DNA of 64,000 nt, from the NCBI RefSeq assembly GCF_009914755.1, contig NC_060926.1, one strand, 5' to 3'. The DNA is from the human T2T-CHM13v2.0 reference genome, Homo sapiens. Positions 40,739 to 52,133 of the stretch are shown one piece after another (position 1 is the first letter of the stretch; each line of letters starts with the position of its first letter). The position numbers and the translations under genes are program-made. Below the pieces are notes generated by a model. It saw nothing but the letters and a program-made list of their open reading frames with translations, had not been told where the DNA came from and ran no database searches.

Positions 40739-43700
40739 GAGCCTACATATCACATTAGCAGAGAATCTAGTGCTCCTGCTCTCATGAGAGAGCCCTGTCC
40801 TGGCACCACAAATACTTTCTTCTCCGACCTTCAGTGGTGTTAAATCCCCAGTCAGGTACTGCCCTACTCAGCTCTATAATAACTGGACGTGGTGTTTCTA
40901 ATAAGAAGACGAGCTCCTGGAAGACAGAAATCTTTCTTGTCCTAGACAGCCCTCCTTAGAGCCTGGCAAGGACACACAGCAGGCTCCACAATGACTGCTA
41001 AAATTAGGAACCAGAACCTTCTGTATCAAGTCAACTCATCTCAGGCCTCCTTGTTGACCGTCTATGTGAACTTTAGTCCAATTTAGGCTTCTTCACATAG
41101 TGGAGACCTGAACTCAAAACAGCATGGCAGGCAAGAGCTTATTTTTGTTTGGGATTCCCAAAAAAGAGATTTGTGTGGGTACTTCAGACCAAGATTATGC
41201 CTGACCCCTAAAAGTCCTTCTTTCACAAGTTAGTGAAGACTTTACAAATGAGAAAGTTTAGGAGAAATTTCAAATGCGATTTTAGCCCCTGCCACTGACA
41301 GAAGAGGAACTGTCATGTGAGAAGTGAAAAAAAAAGAGAGAAAAAGCCTTCAGTCCTGTAATTCTGGCCCCACTCCTGCTTTCTGCTGTAGAAGTTGGCT
41401 TTCATGGGCCCGTTGACCTTGTGCTCGGAGACTGGTCACTTTGAGCTCAAGTTATCAGACATCACTTGCCTGGGTACATGCTTCTGACTTTTGTCTGTGT
41501 TTCTATTACACAAATGCCACCAATTCTGTCTTTGCAAGATTGAATTGAAGATTGAGCTGCCTGAAAACTCGAAGAGTGGAGCCTCGCCTTCCCCTCTGCT
41601 CCAGCGGAGACCCGGTGCTGGTCTCCAGCACATCCCTAACTGCGTATGGTTCCCACAAGCAGATCTGGAGGAGATTTATGTTTATCCACGTTCTCATGCC
41701 CGCTGACCTTCTGAATCAAAGGTGGAGTTATAAACCAAAGAAATTTACTGCAAGACTCTAGTACGCGCTTGTGAAGCTGATGCATTTCGCTCCTTTTTAA
41801 TAAGGTTAAAAATAGTTACAAATGGAACATTGGAATAAGGGCTTGAAAGAGCTCTGTGGTGCATCTGTGACTTAGGCCTGGCCAACATTTTACAGCCCTG
41901 CCTATTAAAAATCTCAGACCGCAGTCGCTCCTGCTCCTCATCCTCACCAGGCACACTAACAATGCTGCCTGTGGACCACTTGACATTTTCATCCCTGGCG
42001 TCTGTGTCCCAGAAAAATTGATGGGGCCAGGCAGCCTCTGCTTACAATTAGGGGAGACCACTCAAACTACCTGTTGACTTGCTGCACATTAAGGACAGCC
42101 AGCTGATATAAAAAAGCTTTGGCAAAAGAGGAAAGCAAAACTTTACCTAGGGTCCAATTTTGAGATGGCCAGAAAAAAACCCACTGAAGGGGCAAGTCCA
42201 TATGACTGCTACCATCCTCATTTTTGGCCAAATGGAGGGAGAAAAGCAAATTAAACCCATAAAGCCTAAGATCAGGAAGGAGAAACTGAGTTAGGATAAG
42301 ACCCCATTCTTCAATGCTCTGCCCCAGTCAGAGTCATACTCCATCTACCTACTGAGCAACCCTGTGCACTTCTAAGTAGAAAGCAGCAGCAAAAGCTCCA
42401 TGCCTCCTGCTGCAACCTAAACGGTGATGTGATTATAAAACCTCAGATCAAAGGATCGAAAGGATCCTGGCCAAATGCCAGGGAGAGTCATGGCTCCTGA
42501 TAGAACTAAATCAGGTCCAATCTGGATCTGAGAATAATAAAGCAATTAACCACGAAGTGACAGAAGCTGAATTTCACAGTAAAAGCAGTGCTAACCAGCC
42601 ATTTAGCATCATGAGAACAAGACCCCTTTCTTCAGCCACCTGCGGTCACCACCCCACCCCCTACTCTGTAACTCCCTCCCCGCTTGCAACTCGTTGAAAG
42701 GGAAAGATTAAGCCCAGGCCTGCACTAACAGGCAGACAGGGGTGGGGGCAATGGACAGACCCCTCATTCAGAGGCCTCCAGAGGACACTTTGACTTGGCT
42801 CAGAAAAAAAGAGCTCACTAACTACTCAGAACTTTTCAAAACAAGGCTCTGACTACTTAGTTAATTGGCAGAGATGAAAGGCAAGGATGCAATGAGAAAT
42901 GGTGGTGTTATCAAAAATGAAGGAGAAAAAATCTGAATAGTAATTTCAGCCTCCATCACTAAAGAATCTCAGAAGACATTAAAAACTGGGTTTTTGAAAA
43001 CCACATTTAAACTCACCAGTCTATGTTGATATAACCTTGAAGGTTGGGCCATCCTTGCTTGCTTTATCCTAGAGTCATACACAGGCATGCACACAGACAC
43101 ACAGAGTATTGCTAAAATATTTTAGGAGTGGGCCCTGGCTTTCCCACCTGCTTTGGCCAGGCAGTAGAACACATAGTCTGTAGGACCACTTATTGATAAG
43201 AACTACCTTCATGACTAGCTACAATGGGCAGATTGAAGATGGAATTTTAGAATTATAGAACTTGTTTTTGAGTCCTTTGATCAATTGGTTTACACACGAA
43301 GGTTTGTTTTCATCATTTCTTTCCCGGGAGAATCCTAAAAGAGGAGATGATAAAATATAAAAGAAAAAGAATGAAAGAAAGAGCAATTATCTAAAGATAG
43401 TTCTAGGCAGATATGTAGTACACCTGCATATGTATATGTAATATAATAATAAGAATATTTGGTTCTAGATAATTGCTATATTATTGATACCTTTCAACAC
43501 TCAACATGTTTATATCACCTGCCAAGGTCCTGTGAAGCAGAATTCACTGGTTTCTTGAAGGAAAAAAAGAAAGAAATCCCCTCCACTCTCCTTTTTAGAG
43601 AGAACTACATATACAAATCTATTTGAAAAGGTTAGAGAAACAAGATAAATTGGGTAACCCATGTACTAACTCTTGAGGACAGGAGCAGCATGCAAAGGGA

Positions 43701-45377
43701 AGCCAAGCTTTAATTCAGTAGATTCCCTTTCTGAGCTGCATTTGCAGCACTGTGATCCAGTCTTTGGTCACTCCACATGTAATCCAATTCTCTCCACAGC
43801 ATGGAAGAGCCAAGGTCTCCTGCAGTTTGGGATGATGACTCTTACTTGAGCCAACATTTGCTTTATCAAGGAAAACAAATTTTAAAAACTGGGAACAGGC
43901 TATTAACCCAAAAGGTTCATCAGTTAGATTAAATAAAAGCCCCAAATGAAGAAATTATCTCTCCTTTCTAATCAATATCATTGAGCATAAATGGAGTCAA
44001 GCTGATGTACTTAAAAATTTCCCATCCATGAAAAGAAAAATATGTACATGCATGTACACACGCATGCATACACATTTAACCTGTTGTTTTTATGACTGTA
44101 TTTTAAAGCACTGAGAATAGGGGTTTATAATGGAAATATTGACAGACCCCCAACTAGAGCAGAGTTAGCAGGCACCACCACAATAATCATTTAAGCTATT
44201 TTATTTTTCTTTTTTTTTTTTTTAAAGAAATGATCAGCAGCCCAACCAAAGAGAACAGAGTAAACATGGCTGGCATCTTAATGACCTTTGAGCATTAGCA
44301 GATGGCCTTTTTATGATCACAGATTAGCAGTACATGGTTGTTTGTTAATGTCTGATAACAGGTGCCAGTTGTCCCTTACACTTCTTTTTGTGTTTGTTCC
44401 TTTACCTTTTCAGAGTAGGCAACAGGGTTCATTTCTCAGTGAATCTGCTTTCTCTATGCCATCTTTTGTTTTTCTTTTGGCTGCAACACAGCCCTCATCT
44501 CCCACCCCCACCCAAAAGAGAATGCAACCCCTTCAGTCTCTCTCTCTCTCTTTCTCTCCTCTCTCTTCCATCTCCCTCTCCCTCTCCCATTGTCTCTCTC
44601 TAGAAACACTCGCCTCTGAATCCCACTGCCTAATTCTTGTAGTTTTTGGAACCATATGACTCCAGTAGCAAAGTAAAGGCCACTATAAACCAGGCTTACT
44701 TTACAGGAGGATGTCTGGTACCATCCATGTAAATGACAAAAAATCACAGCCGTGGATTCATCCAAAGTGAATTAAATGAATCAGCCAGAACTGGTGAAGC
44801 CATACCAACCCTTCCCTTCTGCCATTTACAGCATCCAATCCATGTCACCTGAAAGAACATGTCTTCCTCTGCAAGCTCCTCACCTTCAGGACCACTTTCC
44901 TCTTTCTGCTCACCTCTCACCTTCTAGTTCTTTCTTCCCCAAGAAGAAAATCAGTTGAGTGGAGCTAGTGTCCAGTTTATGTAAGTGATTTTTCCACCCA
45001 TTCTTGGGTAAATATTCCCTTGGCCTAGTTTATTCCATTACTGGAGCAATTCAGGAGGGCACCAGGATACAGAGTAATTACCAAATTGGTTTCTCTGTGT
45101 TCATCTCTGTGGGTAGGGAAAGAAAACTCTTAGAATTAACCTCAGATGCTGACTGCCTCCAGGTCCCTGGGGCTGCAATCTCCAGTGAAGCCAATGAAGC
45201 CTACCTGAAAGTTGGAGCAGAAGCAGATCTCACAACACTCACAGAACATGTGAACTGGGCTGCCTCCGACCTGGAGGCTGAAGCCCTCTTTTCCCAAACC
45301 CAGGCACCGAAGGAGAAAGTGGAGGCAGAGCCCTGCACGTGCTCCCTGAAGTGTGTGCACAGGGACAGCCCTTATGG

Positions 45378-45403
45378 AAAAAAAAAAAAAAAAAAAAAAA
45401 AAA
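45378..45403. repeat. Isolated A26 homopolymer
   Basis: Seen directly; no Alu or L1 body adjacent. Confidence 0.95.
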
Positions 45404-45885
45404 GCTGCATTTCAAAATGTAAGCTGAACATACGCCATTAGAAAACAAGTTGTTTTCCAAGGCAGACACATTTTTTGTCTTTTCTAAAATATCGTAAGAT
45501 ATGTGTCTGTTACAACTGCCTTACAAAATACAACTCAGGAAATTAGAGGCATCTTATTTAAAAAAAAATAGATCTGATCTAGGCTTTCTAGTCTAAAAAA
45601 TATATTAGAGATCCCCCAAAAGGAGAGATTTGTCACCGAAATGAACAGAAATATGGACATTTTTAGGATTTTTTTTGTATGGGTTGAGGAACTTTTCTAT
45701 TTTGACACAATTGTTTATTTTAAAAATCATATTTTCAGCTCTGAAAAGCTGTGTGTTTCTCAAGTAAATATTACATCAGTGGGAATATCTATTGCCATTT
45801 AGGGACTGGTCACTTGGAGCCAGGGAAGAGGATTAAATGACTGCAGAAGTCAAATCACAAAGTAAATGTAGAAGTTGGCTTATGC

Positions 45886-46166
45886 AGCCGGGCGCAGTGG
45901 CTCATGCCTATAATCCCAGCACTTTGGAAGGCCGAGGCAGGTGGATCACGAGGTCAGGAGATCAAGACCATCCTGGCCAACATGGTGAAACACCAACTCT
46001 ACTAAAAATACAAAAATTAGCCGGGCGTGGTGGTGTGTGCCTGCAGTCCCAGCTACTCAGGAGGCTAAGGCAGGAGAATCACTAGAAACCTGGGAGGCGG
46101 AGCTTGCAGTGAGCCAAGATCATGCCACTGCACTCCACCCTGAGGGACAGAGTGAGATTCCACCTC

Positions 46167-46198
<32 letters not shown>

Positions 46199-46209
46199 GA
46201 AAGAAAAAA
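45886..46209 (+). mobile_element. AluSc-like
   Basis: 'gatcacgaggtcaggagatcaagaccatcctggccaacatgg'; TSD agaagttggctt at 45870-45881 and 46210-46221. Confidence 0.93.
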
Positions 46210-46577
46210 AGAAGTTGGCTTGTACTAGAAAAGTATGAGTCTGCCACGGTCCCATGGCCTCTTGTTGCACAGCCTCCCTGAGCTCCCAGAGGTGATGGTT
46301 CTCTGGACTCCTGGTCAGGTTTCAAGATCCCTGGTCTGCACTCAAAGCTTTGTCTTTGCCCAGCCCCTCATGCTGTGCCTCAGAGGTGTAAAACTAATTA
46401 GGAAACTTAATCCCAAGATGCTGAATTTTGAGATCATGTTGGGCAATTTTTTGTTCTCCATTTCAAATATGAGAGAACAAAAGAGAAAGAGAAGAAAGGA
46501 AGCCCATACTTAGCTCACAGGAGCACTGTTACATAGGACAGCTAATAGTGGAGAGATAAACCCAGCTTTCTTTAAAC

Positions 46578-46799
46578 CGAGATAGTCCAACCGATGGCCC
46601 ACTGGCTGCATGCAGCCCAGGATGCCTTTGAATGCAACCCAATACAAATTCATAAACTTTCTTAAAACGTGATGAGATATTTTTGCAATTTTTTGTTTGT
46701 TTAACTCATCAGCTATCGTTAGTGTATTTTATCTGTGGCCCAAAACAATTCTTCTTCTTCTGATGTGGCCCAGGGAAGCCAAAAGATTGGACAGTCTTG
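46578..46799 (-). mobile_element. MER30 (hAT-Charlie)
   Basis: 'ctcatcagctatcgttagtgtattttat...aattcttcttcttc...tgtggcccagggaagccaaaagattggaca'. Confidence 0.88.
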
Positions 46800-47544
46800 C
46801 ATCTAAACCTAGAGGCTGTCTAAGTAACAGTGACTCCATCCACATGCAAAATTGACCACGTACAAAATAAGGAGGAAAATGCGTAACGGTTGAAGTGAGA
46901 CTTAAAGAGTTCCCCCAACTCTGGAAATCTTATTTGGAGAAAAGATACGGTTGTATCTCCCCATGCCTATCAGTTCTTTAGCAATCAAACAGAAACAGAT
47001 TATCTTCCACCTGGACTCTGCTGTCAGAAAGCCCTAATTTTAAAATGCTAATATATAAATATCCTTCCCTGGCCTGAGTCAAATCCAGGCCTCATTTTTG
47101 TATCACACATAGTTAAAAAGATAAAATGAAAAATCCATTACTAATTAGACTGTTAAATTAAACTGCTTTAACTTTATTTTATGAGAGGCATAAAGTACAT
47201 AAAGGGAAGACACAGAGTGGTACCAATGACCTTTAGCGACGACTTGTGGCCCACCCCGATGCTTTTTGAACCACTTGCCTGAAAACTCCTGGGTTTCCTA
47301 ACACCTTATATTCCCTCTCTACCACTTTGAAACCTGAAGGATTTATTTTTAACAGTCCCTCACCCACATAATGACTTTAAAATTCTTTAGGTTCATACCT
47401 TAAAATATAGCTGGGAATTAAGAAATAATGTCAATTAACAGTTGAAGCTCAGAGGCACTAATGCAGTTAGCTAACCATTTTCTTCTGGAAAGCTGTCGTA
47501 GGTACATAGAAGAATCCAATCATCCTAAAATTTCTGTGCTCTAG

Positions 47545-48238
47545 TGAAGAGTCAGCAAACTATGGCCCAGGGGCAAAATTTAGCCCACTGCCTATTTTTG
47601 TATAGCCATGAGCTAAGAATGTTTTTTACATTTTTTAAGAGGGCTTAAACAAAAGAAAAATTGTATTTATTAACAAATGAAAATCATATTAAATTCAAAT
47701 TTCAGTGCCTGTAAGTGAATTGGGTTTTTGTTTGTTTTTTTGTTTGTTTTGTTTTGTTTTGTTTTTTGGGCATTTTTTTTTTTTTGAGACAGAGTCTTGC
47801 TCTTTTGCCCTGGCTGGAGTGCAGTGGCATGATCTCGACTCACTGCATCCTCTCTCTGCCTCCGGGGTTCAAGGGATTCTCCTGACTCAGCCTCCCAAGT
47901 AGCTGGGATTATAGGCACCCACCACCACACCAAGCTAATTTTTGTATTTTTATTAGAGATGGGGTTTCACCATGTTGGTCAGGCTGGTCTCAAACTTCTG
48001 ACCTCAGGTGATCCACTCGCCTCAACCTCCCAAAGTGCTAGGATTACAGGCGTGAGCCACTGCGCTTGGCTGTAAGTGAAGTTTTATGGGAACACAGTCA
48101 CTCATTTATGATGTTTGTCTGTGGTTGCTTTACAGTCCAATGGCAGGGTTGAGTAGCTGCAACAGAGATTGGATGGCCCACAAAGGCTGAAGTTTTACTA
48201 TCTGGTCTGGCCTTTACAGAAAAAAAAAATTTGCCAAG
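47545..48238. mobile_element. MER58B interrupted by an Alu
   Basis: 'gtcagcaaactatggccc...gagctaagaatg' then 'gggttgagtagctgcaacagaga...tggcctttacagaaaaa...tttgcc'. Confidence 0.82.
47720..48070 (-). mobile_element. AluS with a compound (TTTG/TTTTG)n tail
   Basis: Antisense dimer; TSD tgtaagtgaa at 47710-47719 and 48071-48080. Confidence 0.93.
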
Positions 48239-48949
48239 TATGGCTTCATATGTGGCCTTGCTACAGGCACAGACAAAAGGAAGTTGGGGGCCACTTGCTC
48301 CTGGGAGAAACTGAATGTCAGGGAAAGTGTAGAAAAGTGAACAATTCTGCTAATATAACAAGTGTAGCAGAGATCTTAGCAGTGTCCCCAAGATAGGACA
48401 CTAGAGTAAATCAGTGTCCACAGCTAACATTATCTTATTTGTATTATAATATAAGTTGTTAACTTTGATGCCTTTATATATATATGCAGTAGTGCCAAGT
48501 GACTGTTAGGTTTCCTGACACATTTACTATTATCAGATGTTCAGCTGTGTGTTTGTCATCAGGGAAGCCACTTGTAGCCTCTCCAAAAAAGGTTGGCTAC
48601 CCATTGGTTACATTTTTATCTTCCATGATATTTCTTTTCCATGAGATTTTTATCTTCCATGAGATTTTTCTTTTAAGAGCTGAGATATGCTCTAGAACAA
48701 GTCGCATTCTTGAGAAGCATTTCTCTCCCAAGTAAATGAAAGACAAAGCCGTGTCTCTATAACCACATTGGTTCATGCTTGCTGGACAGCCCTTCTGAGA
48801 TCCATGTCCAGTTCTGCCTGACTTCTGTCTCCATGATCAACTACGTGTGTTAAATGTTGTTTGTTTCTTTCCCTGGTGTTTGTTGTTGTTGTTGTTTGTT
48901 TGTTTGTTTTTTGCCTTGCTCTTTTCCTCCCTTCCTTTCTCTCTCTCCC

Positions 48950-49155
48950 TCTAAGTACAGATTTTGAAATCTGATAAACCCAAGGTCCAATCCCAATATC
49001 TCCATCAGTAGCTATGCTTCCTTGATCAAGTCATATAACCTCTCTAAGCCTATTTTCTCACCTCTAAATTAAAGATAAGCATAACCATCTTGAATATATT
49101 TTAACATCTTGGCAGTATTTCAAGCATTCAATATGTTATCAATAAATAGTAGCTG
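48950..49155 (+). mobile_element. MIR
   Basis: 'caagtcatataacctctctaagcctattttctcacctctaaa...tcaataaatagtagct'. Confidence 0.75.
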
Positions 49156-50199
49156 AAGGAATGGTTGATGACAGATAGATATTGATACAGATACAAATAT
49201 AGATACTGATGTATTTATTCCCATATAGAAAGTGCTCAGTAAACACTTGGGCAAGCTTACTGTTTACTTATCCATCCCCACAATGAGCACTTATCAAACA
49301 CAATTCCATGATCAGCTCTATGCTAATATTATGGGACCTTAAAAGGAGGTAAAATATGTGAAAATTTTTACTTTTTCAAGGACCTACACACATCTATATG
49401 GCCAAGATCTAGGTCACAATGTGACAGATTAGAAAGTGCTAATTGTCACATCTAGCATTCAGTTGGCATCCCATATATTCTGACCAAATACATCCAAAAT
49501 CTAAGCCATAAAGAACAAATTGGGAGTGATTAAGAAAAACTGGTAGAGATAAAAAATAGAAGATAAAGTGAGTCAGGGAGAATGTCTTAGTGAGGAGTGG
49601 AGCTTTTTAGAAGTCTGGAGGTGAATTGGTAGAAATAAAGCAGAAGTGCATCCCAGACAGGAGGACAGGCAAGTGGGTCAAAGAGGCAACAATGAGGCAT
49701 CAAAGGCAGTTGCACAATTGAAGCAGCCTGACTTTGGTATCAGACAGACCTGTCAGATTTTAATTCCTCCACTTTCTAGCTGCACAAACTCAAAAAAACT
49801 TACTTAGCCTCTCTAATAATCACTAATAAAAAAATACTAAGATCTACCTTACGACATTATTGGCACATACAAATGTCAAGAATTTGTAACAATTGTCATA
49901 GTATCATTTAACTTTAGGTAGTTGCAGTCATTTGTTGTTGGAGAGTTGAATGCTCTTCCCACCAGGGCAGCCTTGAAAGAAAGATGGAAGCTTTTAGTGT
50001 TGCACTCGTGTAAATTCAGCACCCTTCATGAGGAAAGCCTGCCATGTAAATGTCAGTGATCCTTGGGGGTTTGTCCTTGACCTTCTTCTCATCTCATGGC
50101 TGACCAACTCTGCTTGGGTGGTCTCTGCTGGTCCAATCTGTACTGACGCTACATGAAAGTTTAGCTACCCAGACAAACACCTGAGAGTCATTAATACCT

Positions 50200-50945
50200 C
50201 CTGTTTATCCTTCACCAACCTTCTTTTTCTTCACAAATAGTTAACCAATTATTCTGTCACTTCTACCTTCTCAATAGCTTTGGTATTTCCTCATGTTTCT
50301 GCATCCTCAGTGTCATTGATTTAGTTTAAGTCCTCATCACCTCTTCCACTGGGTACGTCAATTCTCTTCCTTGCCTCCGTTCTGCCCTGATGTTGGAAGA
50401 GCAATTTTCCTCAAAAACAAACCTGGCCATGCCACCCTCCTGCTTTAGACCCTTCAAGAGAAAGGTCAAACATTAGTGTGATGAGCAAAAAATTCATGGT
50501 CTCATCTCTTACCAGATGAAAATGGCTTTTCACACATGTGTATGTATGTGTGCACATGCACACACACACCATGCTTACTGATCTGCTTGCACTTCCCCTT
50601 GTTCCCTCTCCCTTCCTTTCTTTTTATCCTGCTACTTCTCCAACAGAAACACTCTTCGTTATTTTTTAAAATCTGACTAACACATGCACACATCCTTCAG
50701 AACTCAGCATGGATGTCACCTGCTCTGGGGGAAACTGTCCCTAACACCTTATTCTTTCCACACTGAAGTGAGAATCCTCATCCACTTTGTATCAGTTGAA
50801 CTTAATCAGGTGTCAGTTTGTCTGTCTTCTCCCTCAACTCCACTAACCTATTTGTGCCCTAAGGGTAGAGGCCATGTCTTCATCTTTGTATCTCTGGGAA
50901 AAGGGTATCAATGGAGTATGGAGAGGCTCCATAATTGATGGGCAC
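50200..50945 (+). mobile_element. L2 fragment
   Basis: 'gtcctcatcacctctt', 'catccttcagaactcagc...tgtcacctgctctgggg' and 'gggtagaggccatgtcttcatctttgtatctc'. Confidence 0.65.
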
Positions 50946-52118
50946 ATAGGTGGATGAGAGGCTGGTTGGATAGCCAAGTGATGAGGGTTCAGAGACAGAT
51001 GTATCTATTTGAGAGCCCTCAGCTGAGGATTTGTTTGACACCATGAGAGTCTGTATTTGAGGAGAATTATAGTACAAAAAAAAGAAGACAGAGGCTGGAG
51101 TTTTGAAGGATGATGTAGGGAAGTGGGAGAAGGAACCACTGACGAATGGTCTAAACAGAAACTAGGGTGGCGCTGGAATGGCTCTAACATGTGACAGGGC
51201 ACGATGACAGCAGGTACAGCCTCTGCAGCACAGAAGACACCTTAAGAAAGGTGCGTATTCTTTGACTTGTTCACCTATTGAAGGGATAATTGTGAGAGCA
51301 AAAACAGAATTAATCTAACTATCTACCCACAGGAATGGTTAAGTAAATTATGACGTATCCACATCATAGGATATTATTTAGCTCACTCTCAAATTATAAT
51401 TACAAAGAATCTGTAAACATATTAAAACATTGCTTAAAATATTTAATATGATGTTCAAAAGAGAGTTAGGGGAACCAAGGAAGTGCCATGTTATGGAAAT
51501 CAAGAAGAGAAAAACTGCCAAGGAGAAAAGGGCATCAGCCCAGTGATAAGACAAGGGAAGTTGAAGAGAATGGGACAGGTGACTAGGCTTCGAGGACTTG
51601 GGTGTCCCTGCTCTAGACTGACCCCACTGTGTTTCTCAGTGGTCACTCATGTGTCCATGTCTTCCCTACTCCCTGGAGCATAAGCATCCTGGAGGAAAGC
51701 ACCTGTCATATTTGTGCCCAGTGCAATACCTGGCACCATAGTTAGGCCTCTTTCCACTGTGCCATAACATCGTTCATATTATCAAGTAGGTCACCAACAT
51801 CATCTTTACTAATTTTCTCTAACTTCCTTTTTCTGAGATGGAGTTATCATGGCCCTCATCTTGCAAAATCACAGAAGGGCTTAGTGATTTATTTCCCTTG
51901 GTCACAGAGCAAAGCATTGCCCCCACCAGAGTGAGCACCCCAGCCCCCACCCTGAACTCTACTCTGCCCCTGATCCAGAGTCCTGGCCTGTGACTTGTCA
52001 ACTAAATTATTCTCTTTATCCATTTAGTAAGGGTGCTTAATTGTTTAGTGTTCATGCAATTACTGTTGTCTCTGTATTTTCCCTATGTGTGTTAATTATG
52101 CTATAGCCAGTTGTCTGT

Positions 52119-52133
52119 GCCCCTAGAGGGCAG
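52119..52133 (+). promoter_or_regulatory. Candidate CTCF core motif
   Basis: GCCCCTAGAGGGCAG, one mismatch to CCASYAGRKGGCRS. Confidence 0.4.
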
